DNA of 64,000 nt, from assembly GCA_951406725.2 (NCBI GenBank), contig OX597834.1, positions 20,336,001-20,400,000 of the forward strand. Direction: 5' to 3'. The notes beneath the pieces are model-generated. The model was not told where the DNA came from. It did not search any database and worked only from the letters and a program-made list of their open reading frames with translations. Position numbers and translations under genes: made by a program. Shown here piece by piece: positions 24,705 to 39,045 of the stretch. How positions within the stretch are numbered: the stretch's first letter is position 1; every line of letters starts with the position of its first letter. This DNA is from Octopus vulgaris. Lineage: Eukaryota.

Positions 24705-25110
24705 CTCTCTTTCTCTCTCTTTTACTTGTTTCAGTCATTTGACTGCAGCCATGCTGGAGCACCGCCTTTAATCGAGCAACTTGACCCCGGGACTTATTCT
24801 TTGTAAGACCAGTACTTATTCTATCGGTCTCTTTTGCCGAACCGCTAAGTGACGGGGACATAAACACACCAGCATCGGTTGTCAAGCAATGCTAGGGGGA
24901 CAAACACAGGCACACAAACACACACACACATATATATATATATACATATATACGATGGGCTTCTTTCAGTTTCCATCTACCAAATCCACTCACAAGGCTT
25001 TGGTCGGCCCGAGGCTATAGTAGAAGACACTTGCCCAAGGTGCCACGCAGTGGGACTGAACCCAGAACCATGTGGTTGGTAAGCAAGCTACTTACCACAC
25101 AGCCACTCCT
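24705..25110 (-). mobile_element. SINE family B, full-length antisense copy
   Basis: Reverse complement of 18442-18850 with high identity. Confidence 0.88.
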
Positions 25111-25524
25111 GATGATGATGATTGTTGTTGTTGTTGTTGTTGTTGTTACAGGCCACAAGACAAGGACGATGACACAAGATAAAGGCCACAAGACGAGAGA
25201 GAGAGAGAGAGCTAGAGAGAAGGGGGTTAAAATTAAATTGGCTGTCATCACCACGCTGGACATTGTGATGCAACAAGACCATCCTGTAGTTCTTTTGATA
25301 ATCAATAAACAATGGGAATGACGGCGACAACAATATCAATATTGGCTCTGAAGATGATGGCGTTGGTGGTGGTGGTGGTGGTGGTGGTGGTGGTGAGGAG
25401 GGAGAAAGGACAGGGGAAGGAAAATGTCAGGTTAAGGTTTTGAAGCGGATAAGAGGAAGAAAATGTTGTTGGCAGCCGTGAATGTAAAATACAGAAGCAG
25501 CGGAGTTTTCTTTAAGAAACAGGC

Positions 25525-26615
25525 AGTGTGTGTGTGTGTGTGTGTATGTGTGTGTATGTGTGTATGTATATGTGTGTGTATGTATGTGTGTATATGTGTG
25601 TATGTATGTGTATGTATGTGTGTGTATGTGTGTGTCTATGTATGTATGTGTGTGTGTATGTGTATGAGTGTGTGTATATATATGTATATGTGTGTGTGAG
25701 TGTGTGTGTATGAGTGTATGTATGTGTGTGCATGAGTGTGTGTATATGTGTATGTATGTGTGTGTATGTATGTATATGTGTATGTATGTATGCGTGTATA
25801 TGTATGTGTATGAGTGTGTATGTATATGTGTGTGCATGAGTGTGTGTATATGCGTAGGTATGTGTGTATGATTGTGTGTATATGTGTATGTATGTGTGTG
25901 TATATGTCTGTGTCTGTATGCGTATGTGTGTATGTATGTGTGTGTATATTGTATGAGTGTGTATACATGTATGTATGCATATGTATATGTGTATGCATTT
26001 GTGTGTGTATGTGGATGTGTGTATGAATGTGTGTATGTATTTATGTTTGTATGCATGTTTGCATGTGTAATGATGTGTGTGTGTGTGAATGGGTGTGTGA
26101 AAGTGTGTGTATGTTTTAATGAGTTAGCATTTAAGTTTCACTGTGTGTGTGTGTGTGTGCGTGTGTGTGTGTGTGTCTGTGATTAAGTGTATTTTAGTAT
26201 GTGCTTGTATGCATGTGTATGGGTGTTTGTATGTGTATGAGCATAAGTGAGTGGTTATGTATGCATGTGTATGTGTGCTAGGATGTGTGTGTGAGCATGT
26301 ATTTGTGCTTGTGTCAGTGTATGTATGTGAGTGTGTGTGTGTGTGTTTATGTGTGTGTGTGTGTGTGTGTATGTGTGTGTGTGTATGTGTATGTGTGTGT
26401 ATTTATGTGTGTATGTCTGTTAGTATATATGTGTGTGTGTGTGTGTTTATGTGTGTACGTGTGTGTGTGTGTATGTGTATGTGTGTGTATTTATGTGTGA
26501 ACATAATGTGTATGTCTGCTAGTATATATGTGTATGTGTTTGTGTAAGTGTCTGTTTATGTTGCACATGTTAATGAGTATGTGTGCTAGTGTGTGTGTGT
26601 GTGTGTGTGTGTGTG
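25525..26615. repeat. compound (TG)n/(TATG)n tract
   Basis: About 1.1 kb of degenerate TG/TATG repeats. Confidence 0.95.
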
Positions 26616-27449
26616 ACAGTGATTAAAGTCTTGTCCAATTCCAGCTGACCTTTTTCTTGTAGTGTTCCTGCAAATCTGAAAGAGATTGAATGGCTGAAGT
26701 GGTGGGAGGGAGAACAAAGCAATATGGGGAAGTGGGGGGAGAAAGAAGAAAATGGTGATGGTGGGAGACAAGCTGCCACAACACATTCTCAGCAGCAGCA
26801 GGTTTTGTGTCCTGCTAGAAATAACAGTCAAATTTCTCTTAAATCACTCCATACTGCTTTTGACTAGAAAAATTACACATTAGAGAGTGTAGTCTTAGAA
26901 ATCTGTGATTAAGATAGGGTGGTCAAGGTTGGGATGTCTTTGATCTTGTGTTCACTTAGTCAGAACTGACCCTGAGCTAAATGATGACAGAAATATTGTT
27001 CTGTATGTCACTGCTGTTATTGTTGTTGTTTAGCACCTCAGGTCATTCCTGATTGAATTGATCTAAAGATCAAAGGCTCTCCAGCTGTGACCAACTCATC
27101 TTAACTTTTCTTTCTTTTAGATGCATACATTTTTTCTTTTTACTTACGGCAGAAGAAAATGTGGAGGCAAGACCTGATTAAAGGAATGTTCAGCTTATTG
27201 TCTCTTGTCAATTAGATGATGATGATGATGATTATAACGATGGTGGTGGTGGTGGGTGGTGCTGGTGCTGTTGAGGATGATGATGATGGTTATGTTAATG
27301 ATGATGATGATGATGGTGGTGGTGAGTATGATGATGGTGGTGGTGGTGGAGACAGTGGTAGTGATGATGGAGATGTCATTGGTGGTTATTAGAATGTGTC
27401 AGTCTGTATGCCTCATGGATATGGTCTTAATAATTTTCGCCTGGCCCCC

Positions 27450-27702
27450 ATGCCGGTGGCACATAAAAAGCACCATCCAATCGTGGCCGTTTGCCAGCCT
27501 CGTCTGGCACCTGTGCCGGTAGCATGTAAAAAGCACCCACTACACTCACAGAGTGGTTGGCGTTAGGAAGGGCATCCAGCCGTAGAAACATTGCCAGCTC
27601 AGACTGGGCCTGGTGCAGCCTTCTGGCTTCCCAGACCCCAGTTGAACCGTCCAACCCATGCTAGCATGGAAAGCGGACGCTAAACGATGATGATGATGAT
27701 GA
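27450..27702 (+). mobile_element. SINE family C copy
   Basis: Matches 3820-4085. Confidence 0.85.
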
Positions 27703-28485
27703 TACATCCCAGAGCTCGATGGGTCATGAGTTCATATCAGCTGCTAGTGTTTCATTTTGTCTCAGGTGTAGAGCAATACTTTACTCCAAATGGCTCAGTC
27801 CACCTAGGACTGTTCCTTAATCCAAATGCCCTCTGTCTCTATAAGACTGACCACCCCCTTGATCCATACGCTTCATTTGGACTGAGCATATAGGAAAGAC
27901 AGAGTTAGCACAAATCTACTTGATGTTGAATTTAGATCCAAGCATCAATCATCATCATCATCATTATCATCATTCAAGGTCCATTTTCCATGCTGGCATG
28001 GGTGAATCGGTTCAACAGGCTCCAAGGAATCCACAGGCTGCATCATGCTCCAGTGTCTGCTTTGACATGATTTCTACAATTAAACACTCCTCCTAAAGTC
28101 AACAAATCCTTTGACAGGTGTACTGGATGCTTTTTTTCACATAGCACCAGTGCACAAAGGTGTCTTGTCCTTGACAAGACTAAAAGCATCTCTCAACTCT
28201 TCTCCACAAGTTTCCATGGTATTAGTGCTAGAGAGATAGACAAGTCATACTCCATCGGTTACGATGACGAGGGTTCCAGTTGATCCGATCAACAGAACAG
28301 CCTCTTTTACTTCTTTCAGTCATTTGACTGCTGCCATGCTGGAGCACCACCTTTAGTTGAACAAATCGACCCCAGGACGTATTCTTTGTAAGCCTAGTAC
28401 TTATTCTATCGGTCTCTTTAGCCGAACCTCTAAGTTACAAGGACATAAACATACCAGCATCGGTTGTCAAGTGATGTTGGTGGGA

Positions 28486-28548
<63 letters not shown>

Positions 28549-29528
28549 ACAGCCGAAATCTGCGATGATGAATCGGTTTCTGGCTGAAGAACGAAGGCTT
28601 TGAATGACCCGTCTGTCTCTTATGTTCGTCCCCTCGTGTATTTCACGTTATTTATTTATGTAAAGGTTTATTTTATTATTATATATATAAGTACATACAT
28701 ATGACAGGCTTCTTTCAGTTTTCCGTCTACCAAATCCACTCACAAGGCTTTGGTCAGCCCGCGGCTATAGTAGAAGACACTTGCCCAAGGTGCCATGCAG
28801 TGGGACTGAACCCAGAACCATGTGGTTGGGAAGAAAGTTTCTTACCACAAACACACACACGCACACACATATAAAAACACATATTTCTATGTATGGATAT
28901 GTGTGAGTGTATACATATGTATAGAGTAAAAAAGCGATATAGACAGACAAATAGGTTTTAGCTGTCTACAAACTCCACAGCTGCTGCTGTTTGGTTCTAC
29001 CCATATAATATGTTATACATATTTTATAAAATATGTCAGACAAGATGGTCGAAATAGTAAATCACCAGATTTAAAATGTCTTCTGTGATTAATTGGTTTA
29101 GTTTACAAAGTTTAATACAAAACTTGTACTTGTAGAATACACAAACATTCTCGTAGTAAAGATCATTGCTTCGCTATTCAGCTTGGTGACAGTGGCGGCG
29201 ATGATTGAGAATGATGATTGCCATGGCGATGGTGGTGATGATTGTGATGATGGGGGTAGTGGGGTGATGATGATGATGATGATGATGATGTAGGTTATGG
29301 TGATAACGAAGGCTATGCTGAAAATGATGATGATGATGATGATGTAATGGTGATTGTAGTAGTGGCTGTGGTGGCAATGGTGATGATGATGATGATGATC
29401 TCTGTTAGTGCATCAAAGAAGACATGGAGTAGATTCATTATCATCAACTCACCATTGCTTACCCACACTTGCATGAGGTAGAAGGGGTTATTCTACCATA
29501 TTAAAAGTAGCACCATTATAAATTATCA

Positions 29529-29559
<31 letters not shown>

Positions 29560-29574
29560 TATTATTATTATTAA

Positions 29575-29788
29575 GGTGGTGAGCTGGCAGAATCGTTAGC
29601 ATGCTGGATGAAAGGCTTAGCGGTATTTCACCCGTCGGTACATTCTGAGTTCAAATTCCGCCGAGGTCGACTTTGCCTTTCAGCCTTTTAGGGTCAATAA
29701 ATCAGGTACCAGTAAAACACCGGGTCGATTACATTGACAAATCTTATCACACAAAATTTCAGATCTTGTGTTTCATGTAGAAAGGATT
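29575..29788 (+). mobile_element. SINE family A copy
   Basis: Follows (ATT)n and ends AAAGGATTATTATT; a second partial copy follows directly. Confidence 0.85.
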
Positions 29789-29917
29789 ATTATTACTGTG
29801 ATGAACAGGCAGAATTGTTACCATGCAGGGCAGAAAGCTTAATGGCATTTTGTCCATCTTTACATTCTGAACTCATATTCTGTTGAGGTCAACTTTGTCT
29901 TTCATCATTTTAGTGGT

Positions 29918-30182
29918 GATCTCATATCAAGATAAACAGTGCATGACCTTGCCGGTGGGGTCCAGTTAGAATTTTCTTCAGGTTGAGTAGCCCATCCTGC
30001 TCAAAAAGTCTTTGAATAAGGGTTGTTTAAGGATGTTGAACAAAACACCCATGTTTCTAGAGGTGAATTATTCAAACCCCCCAAAATTCTTCTCAACACA
30101 TGGCTATGATGCTCCCCCATTACTTCTGCTCGTGATCAGAGATGCACATATTGCCAGCCACCAAGGGACAGGCTCAACTGGT
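29918..30182 (-). mobile_element. fragment of the unclassified repeat seen more fully at 56481-57040
   Basis: Reverse complement of ~56640-56902 (CTGAAGAAAATTCTAACTGG, GAATAATTCACCTCT, GATCACGAGCAGAAGTA). Confidence 0.8.
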
Positions 30183-30189
30183 GATGGTC

Positions 30190-30465
30190 AAGCAACTGGA
30201 ATCGGATGAAACTTTCAAGGATGCTTTGCCTCATGACTGGCACAAACTGATTAGATTTGGGGATCAATCCCAGTACTGGTCAAAGATTCTGGATTATTTT
30301 TTCCTGTTTTTTTTACTTATTTTTTGAGAGCAGTTGGGTTCATTCTTAGTATTCTCGTTTGTGAGAGCAGTTGAGTTTATTTCAGATATTCTCATTTTAA
30401 AAATCATCTCTGGCTAATCATTGAGAGGATGTTGGTGTTGCCTTGGCAGAGAGGCATGTGCTCTT
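30190..30465 (+). mobile_element. possible Crypton-type non-autonomous element 3' half
   Basis: GATGAAACTTTCAAGG..GATTAGATTTGGGGATCAATCC..GATTCTGGAT and a terminal GCCTTGGCAGAG..TGCTCT resemble recalled CryptonV-like MITE ends. Confidence 0.4.
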
Positions 30466-30483
30466 GTTATTATTATTATTTTT

Positions 30484-30881
30484 ATGCGATTGAAAGAGTT
30501 GAAGACAGGTACCTTCTTCTTCAGCCAAGGATTCATTGACGTTTGCAGTTTTCACCTGAAAAGGAAAGTGAGGCTGGAAAGGGAGGTGCTGTCACTCAGT
30601 AAGTTTGTTAAAAGGTGAGTGAATGTAGCAAGAATGGTTCAGATGAATGGGTCTTCTCTAAGTGTGCACCTGTAGGTTGGATGGAATGAGGAGAGGGGTA
30701 CCTACCTGAGGTGCTTTTGGTGTTAGGGGGTCCAAAGTGTATGAAGGAAGTACATTGTTGGTTTAATCTCCTTGTTAATTGATGTGGTTTCCTTTTTCTG
30801 CATACATGTTTAACCTCACTGTCCCTTGTCTGTGTATCCTCCTTTATGTTTTGTGTTCAGCCCTGGTTGCCAATAAAAAAA
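30484..30881 (+). mobile_element. 3' end of a decayed Tx1/L1-like LINE
   Basis: Peptide RLKELKTGTF..FHLKRKVRLEREVLSLSKFVKR*VNVARM resembles Tx1-type ORF2 C-termini; pyrimidine-rich 3' UTR ending AATAAAAAAA. Confidence 0.55.
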
Positions 30882-30899
30882 GTATTATTACTTTTATTA

Positions 30900-30940
<41 letters not shown>

Positions 30941-31205
30941 GCTGCTGTTGTTGTTGTTGTTGTTGGTTAAAAAAAAATAACATTTGTATAGTTTCTGTTG
31001 GTCCTTTCTGAAGAGTCTCTAACATTTATTACATAGATGTATGTATGTGTCTGTGCATGATTGTGTGTCTGTGTGAGTATATGAGTTTGTTCAACTATGA
31101 TAATGTGAACATGTGTGTGTCTGTGTGTGTGTGTGTGTGTGCATGATTGTGTGTCTGTGTGAGTATATGAGTTTGCGTGTGTTTGTTCAACTATGATAAT
31201 GTTAA

Positions 31206-31246
<41 letters not shown>

Positions 31247-32354
31247 ATGTGTGTGCTTCTGTATATATGTATATGTGTCTCTGTGTGTATGTTTACATGC
31301 GTGTATGTACATATGTACGTGTGTATGTATGTATGTATGTATGTATGTACATATGTACGTGTGTATGTATGTATGTATGTGTATGTGAGTTTTGTGTGTG
31401 TGTGCTTCTGTATATATGTATATGTGTCTCTGTGTGTATGTTTACATGCATGTATGTACATATGTACGTATGTATGTATGTATGTATGTATGTATGTATG
31501 TATGTATGTGTATGTGGATTTTAGTGAGTTTTGTGTTATGTCCGTGTGAATGCTCATGATTGTGTGTGTATATTTATGTGCATACAACCATGTGTGTATG
31601 TGTATGCATGTGTATACATATGTATTTCAGCTTATTTGTTTGTACATGTGTGTTCAGGTGTTCAAGTCTGTCAATGTGAGTATACGCACTTGTGTGTGTG
31701 TGTGTGTGTGTGAGTGTGAGTGTTCTGTGTTTGTGAGTGTCTGTGTATACATGTATGTGTGTGTTTATGTGTATGCATGCCTGCACTTCTCGATAAACAC
31801 CAGTGATTGATAAACAGGAGACAATGCAATAGTTTCCAAATATTACCATTCGCTTTAATTATATGCGTACAAATACACACACACACAATCACATACATAC
31901 ACATGAACACATATATTCGCATATATACACACATGCATATACTCATTTGTATGTATCTACACATGTACACTTCATATACATATACATATAGATATATATA
32001 TAAATATATATATACATATATATGTATGTGTATATATATATAAATATATATATATACGCCCACACACACATATATATATATACTTATACCCTCATATTAA
32101 CGTGTATAACAGCATACACATATACACGTATTTTTATACATATGCATATACACACTCATAAATGTACATGCATGTATACACATGCTTACACGACCACTTA
32201 TATACACAATGCTGTCACCATACACGTATAACACCCTATACCTCTACATAAACATACACATATGTATATACATACACACAAACACACTTCTACATATGTA
32301 CACAGACAAACAGATATCTGTCTGTCTGCCTATATTTGTTTTTCTATCAAACTC

Positions 32355-32390
<36 letters not shown>

Positions 32391-32630
32391 TATACGTGCA
32401 CATAAATTTACATATACTCATGTGTAGATATGCTCATAGACATGTATATATATATATACACACACAGACGTACATAACCGAATCCCCATACATGCATTAA
32501 ATCTGTTAATAGCATGTCATTCACAATAAATACGCAAACACATTAAAACCTCTTTATTCATCTGAAACCAAATTTTATTTTCACGACTTGTTTATATACT
32601 AACATTATATATCTATATATACACACATGC

Positions 32631-32661
<31 letters not shown>

Positions 32662-32744
32662 CACATGCACATATATACATACCTGTATATATATATTTAT
32701 ATATATATATGCACACACACAGATATACATATATATGTACATAG

Positions 32745-32792
<48 letters not shown>

Positions 32793-33020
32793 ATACATAC
32801 ATAACTATACACACATATTTGTATATATACATATATATATGTATATTTATATATGTATAAATATCTATATATATATGTATATATACAAATATGTGCATAT
32901 AGATATGTATATATATATACATACATATCTATATGCATATATTTGTATATATACATATATATATGTATATTTATATATATGTATAAATATCTATATATAT
33001 ATATGTACACACACGCATAC

Positions 33021-33053
<33 letters not shown>

Positions 33054-33680
33054 TATATACATTCGTATGTGTTGTAATGAATAAATTTAACATGTGCTGA
33101 GTACATTTGTCTTCCAAATTCATGTGTGTGGGGGGAGGGGGGGTAATTTTGATCTCGTAATTGCGTGAGTCCACGACTATGAAAAAAATCAATGCTGAAC
33201 ACAGAAGTCTTAATAGAAATAGAATCATCCATATTCTTACAACATGGCCAACATCGCGTCAGCATCTTCTTTAAATCCAACCAAATCTTCATTGGCTTCC
33301 ATTTTCTTTTCCTTTTTTTTTTTTTGATTCAACATTTCTCTCATTATCCAGGGACCCCTCTTGCAAAATCAAAAAAAATAAATAAATAAATAACAGCACA
33401 TCTTCCATGACAGAATTCTTGAAACATAGAATAAACCACCCTCACACCAGTCAGTAACTGTCGTGGTAAAAGTACATGAGACCCTTCACAAGTTCAAGGC
33501 TTCCCACAATCTCCAGTACTAGTCCTGATCTGCTGACCACTGTCTTTCACTCTTTGCAGTTTTTTTAACAGGCCAGTTTTGCTGATCACACGGTGTTCTC
33601 TGCTTGTGGGGACACCATATTTCGTTATGCAACCATGTGGTTGGTAAGCAAGCTACTTACCACATTAAAATTACTATTAT

Positions 33681-33908
33681 TGAGCTGGCAGAATTGTTAG
33701 TATGCCAGGCGAAATGCTTAGCAGTATTTCAGCTGCCGCTACGTTCTGAGTTCAAATTCCGCCGAGGACGACTTTGCCTTTCATCCTTTCGGGGTCGATT
33801 AAATAAGTACCAGTTACGCACTGGGGTTGATATAATCGATTTAATCCGTTTGTCTGTCCTTGTTTGTCCTCTCTGTGTTTAGCCCCTTGTGGGTAGTAAA
33901 GAAATAAG
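33681..33908 (+). mobile_element. SINE family A, well-preserved copy
   Basis: Nearly identical to 15720-15945. Confidence 0.88.
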
Positions 33909-34104
33909 TATTTCAGCTGCTGCTATGTTCTGAGTTCAAATTGTTTTGGGGATTGATAAATCAAGTACCAGTTATGCACTGAGCAGCGGAGGGGTGACGT
34001 CGATGTAAGCGACTATCCCTGTCCCCACAAATTCCAGGCCTTGTGCCTGTAGTAGAAAGGATTATTATTATCATTATTATTATTACCATCATTATTATTA
34101 TTAT

Positions 34105-34137
<33 letters not shown>

Positions 34138-34255
34138 TATTATTATCATTATTATTATTATTATTATTACTTAAGGCAAAAGCTGGCAGAATTGTTAGCG
34201 TTTTGGAAGAAATGCTTAGCAGTATTTCATCTCTCATTATGTTCTGACAGAAAGG

Positions 34256-34289
<34 letters not shown>

Positions 34290-35450
34290 GTAGTAGTAGT
34301 AGTAGTAGTGAACGTATTTATATGAGCAGTGGTTGTGGAGGGAGGGTACCTTCGGTGTTAAGTACCACCACGTTAAAAGAAACATTGTTACAATATAATA
34401 ATTTGTGTTCTCATAAATAGTTTTTCTTCCATACAAAATCTTGATTCAAGTTATTATTAAGAGATAAGATTGATTTTTTAGTCTTTTTTTTCCATATTTT
34501 TCCTCGTTTGTTTTTCATTGTTTTTTGTTGCTTTCATTTTTCATTTGCTTTTTTAATATTTAGTAATTAATTTCTGTATGCTAATATCATCTTTTCTTTC
34601 CCCCCCCCATCCCCATACTCTGTCTCTTTCTTCCTTCTTTTCTTTCTCCTTCTTTCTCTTTCCTTTTTACCAGCTTTCCAATTAATCATTCATTTTCTTC
34701 TCTCTTGTTCATTCTCCTTTCTCTCTCCCCCTCTCTCTGCCTCTCTCCACTCTCCTCCTTATCTAGTCACATAGATCAGTGTGTCTTTCTCTCTCCCTCT
34801 CTCTCTCATTACCTCACTTCTCTACAAATCCTCCCTCCCCACCACTACATAAATCTATACCTTTCTCTTGATATCTCTCTCTTTCTCTCTCCTTATGCAT
34901 TGCCTTGCTTTTCATTCTCCTCCTACTGTCCCCAATCTCTCTCTCTCTCTCACTGCCTCTGTATACTTCTCTCTTTCTCTTCCTCTTTCTTCTTCTCTCT
35001 CTCTTAGCTTTATCTCTTTGCTCTCCCTCAGTCTCTTCCTCTCTTTCTATTAACCCCTCCCTCTCTAATGTTTTCTTTTTCTTTCTCTTCTTTCTCGTCT
35101 ACTTCTACATGCATGCTCACCTTGTCCATTGCCATTTTCACACATCATCAACATCATTATCATCATCACCATCATCATCACCTTCATCATTATATGAATC
35201 TCCACCACCACCACCATCATCAGAATTTGCCTAAGTAGATTTACTGCAGCTGGATGCTCTTCTCGTCACCAACCCTCACCTGTTTCCAAGGGAGGTAATA
35301 TTTCCCCATGGCTAGGCATGTTTTCATGGAAGATTGCAAGCTAAGTCAAACTACTTGTATGTTGGTGACGTTTGCTTACAATTATCATATGATATCAAGA
35401 CAAAGGGACAGTAACAGACACACATACTGCACACATTTACTTATATATAT

Positions 35451-35637
35451 AGTTGGAATTTATCCCACCCAAAAAAAAAAACAAGACGCAGATGGATGTG
35501 TAAACAACAAAGAGATTTATTAGTTTAACGCTCAGGAAGCGAGAAAGTCTTTTACATTTTGAGCCTACGCTCTTCAACAGGAAGGGACACAGAAATAAGC
35601 AGAGAGAGAAAATGAAAAAGGTTTAGTGGCTAGCGAT
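35451..35637 (-). mobile_element. short Penelope-type element (hammerhead family 1) between (TA)n tracts
   Basis: Reverse complement of 52495-52682; decayed hammerhead CTGTTGA-A-GAGC[gtag]GCTC-AAAAT-GTA-AAAG at 35549-35580. Confidence 0.65.
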
Positions 35638-35658
35638 GAACTATATATATATATATAT

Positions 35659-35861
35659 AGTTAATCCAAACAATAAAGCACAAAAAAACAACAACGCGAG
35701 GACGTGGAACAAATATAGTATTATTGGACGCTCAGGAAAGAAGGAAAGAAGGAGGGTTTAACGTTTCGAGTGGAGCTCTTCATCAGAAACATAGGAGAAG
35801 GAAAGATCCAGAGAAGGGAAGACAGAGGAAAAAAAATCGCCAACAGTACGCACGAGGCCAT
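35659..35861 (-). mobile_element. short Penelope-type element (hammerhead family 2) between (TA)n tracts
   Basis: CpG-retaining ~200-bp insert bounded by (TA)n and carrying the hammerhead motif at 35756-35790. Confidence 0.65.
35756..35790 (-). ncRNA. minimal type I hammerhead ribozyme motif
   Basis: GTTT-CTGATGA-A-GAG[ctcca]CTC-GAAAC-GTT-AAAC: complete core, stem I GTTT/AAAC, stem II GAG/CTC, palindromic loopless stem III (AACGTT), GUU cleavage triplet. Confidence 0.65.
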
Positions 35862-35983
35862 ATCTGTATATATATATATGTATATATATTAATTTATTTG
35901 ATTATATCTATAGCAAAAGAAAAGACAGTATCTGTTGTCAGTGGTCATTTAGCTCAATGGTACAGGCCATATTTTACATAGAG

Positions 35984-36021
<38 letters not shown>

Positions 36022-37079
36022 CCTGTGTGCTATGATGGGAAGATATATAATGCAAATGATGGTGATGTAGACTCGCTCTCTTCATATATCTTAATCAGCT
36101 TTCAAACTATATTTTTTATTTTGCTCTCCAACTCTCTCTCTCTCTCTCTGTATATATATATATATATATATCCCTCTGTCCCTCTTCTTCTCTCTCTCCC
36201 CCTTTTAATGTATTGCAACTCTATCTTTCTCTGCATTCCCCCCTCTCTCCTTCATGTTTCTGTCAATTTTTTTTTTCCATTTCCTTCTTTATGTTCCTAT
36301 TGCCCTTTATCTCCTCTTCTTTTTCCGTTTCTTTCTCTCTATATAAATATATATCCCTCACTCCCTCTTCCTCTCTCTCTCTGACTCTCACCCTTTCTCA
36401 CTCCCTTACTTCTCCTGCACCTCTTCCTTCCCTCTCCCTCACCTTCTCACTCCTCTTCATTTTTTTTTCCTTACCCCTAACCACCTATAATTCCATCCAT
36501 TCAAGTACCATTCTAGGTTCTAGGTGCACCATTTCAATCTGGAAACACCTACTTGATTGCTATTATGGACCTCATAACTTTCTTACCTGGATGGATTACG
36601 TTGCAAAACTGGGGCTGGAAGAGTGATGGGGTGGTTAGAAAATGGTTAGTGGTTGGGGAGAGGGCAATGAGAAGGTGGTTCGGTGGTTCATTGTGTTCAG
36701 CCAGTAGTGGTGGTGGAGAGGGTTGTGGTGGTGATAGAGATATGACAATGATGAGTGTATGAAAACACATTGAAGGACTGCTATATGTCTATAGTACTGT
36801 CTGTATATGTGTGTGTGTGTGTGTATAAATATGTATACATGTATGTGTATATATGTGTGTGCATGTGTATGAATATATATATATATATCTGTGAGTATAT
36901 GTATATATATATATATGTATATATATATGTATGTGTATGTGTATATGTATATATATATGTGTGTGTATGTATATGTATGTATATATGTATATATATATAC
37001 GTATGTATATATGTATATATATATGTATGTATATATATATATGTATATATGTATATATATGTATATGTGTATATGTATG

Positions 37080-37128
<49 letters not shown>

Positions 37129-37526
37129 TTATGTATATGTATATAAGAGTGCATGTATGAATATCTATGTAAGCATGTGTGCATGTGCATATGTGTGTGT
37201 GTGTGTGTGCACAGAGAGAGAGAGAGAGAGTGATAGCTAGAGAGATGACAGACATAATTTCAGAGATCCATGCTCATGTCTGTGTAGATATGGATGTATA
37301 TGTCAGATATCTTTATGTGTATATATATATATATATATGTGCATGTATATACATATCTTAGAAAATATTAATGCTTGTCTCCATGTGTGCATGAGATACA
37401 TATATATATATATATATATATGATATACATGTGTATGATACATGATGTATATATATAACTATGTGTGTGTGTAAATTTCTACTGTGATACTATTCATAAC
37501 ACACATACATACATACATATATATAC

Positions 37527-37594
<68 letters not shown>

Positions 37595-38357
37595 GTATGT
37601 ATGTATGCAGAAAGGGTGGGGTGGGGTAAAAAGGAGGAGAGAAAAAATACTAATGGAGCGAATAAGAGATAAAATAGAAAAAGAAAGAGAGAATGGCAAG
37701 GTAAGGAGAGGAAGATGAGGAGGCAGAAGTGGAGGAGTACTCTCCATCCACCTGCGTATCACAGAGTGATGTGTGTACGGCAAACACAATACTGTAATGG
37801 TCGTAAATGGATTTGAGAAGAAATTGTTGAATGAATATCAAGCATACATCGAAAAATTATTTACGAAGGTGTTGTCATTGAGGTAATTCTCTGGTTAATT
37901 ACAGGAATGGTTTATGAGAAGGAAGAAGAGGTGGGGAAAGCATTTTAGCGAAATAACGTTTATAAATGGTGAGTGGTGGGCATGGTGGGAGTTGGCATGG
38001 CTGCAGTTTAGAAGATGAAAAAAAAAACAACAAATAACCTGAAAGAAACGCAAACTACTTCAGCCTTTGTCAAGACAACCTTAAATATATTTCCTTATTT
38101 CTTTGTTCCTTTATATATTTCCTTCTTTATTTCTTTCTTCCTCACTCTATCACACACACACACATTTGCACATATGCCTGCTCAGAATAATCTTCCAGAA
38201 AACCACTTTGTCTAATGCATTTCCTCGTAGATTCTTGTCACTGATGTAGTTTGGCATATGATATCATACCCGAAAGAGAGATATATCATTGCTCCGTATT
38301 TCATTAGACTATTACACTAAATAATATTCTAACACACACTGAAATGAATAAAGATTA

Positions 38358-38388
<31 letters not shown>

Positions 38389-38724
38389 GATATATATATA
38401 TGTTTATATATGAATACATATATATATATACACAAACTTACATTTGTTATGAGGTGAACATTCAACAAGTAGTGAGAATTCAAAACCTCTGGAAAAGTGG
38501 AAAATTTAGATATGATCTTTGTACCGTACTTAAACGATATAAGTTCGCTACTTAAGTTTCATGGCTAAAAGCCATTTTTGATTTGTGTGCCAAATTGGTT
38601 GACAAGTGAATTTGTATTCTCTTACAGATTTCAAATAGTCATCTGGTTATTGAACTCAAGTAGCGCATTTTTACACATTAAATACTATGTAATGGTGCAT
38701 CTTGTGTGTGTATACATATGCATG

Positions 38725-38760
<36 letters not shown>

Positions 38761-38979
38761 TATAAATATATATGTTTCAGTCAGACAAAAAATATGAAGG
38801 TTCTGCTGTTGCATAATTTTCTTTAACGTTATGATCCTTTCAGATGGCTAGAGGAATTAGTTTGTGTGCATGATTAATTAACCAATTAATCAATTAATTA
38901 AAGAAGCAGTTTTCCCTCAACACATGGAATGCTGGCAGATGTATTTGCCTAGATTTCGTCAGATCCCATTTTCTATCAC

Positions 38980-39045
<66 letters not shown>

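Noticed and set aside
28548-28680. Additional hammerhead in a (TA)n-embedded fragment (GCCGAAAT..CTGAAGA)
   Set aside because: The core halves are in the wrong order or incomplete and no stems could be assigned; at most a truncated Penelope-type fragment.
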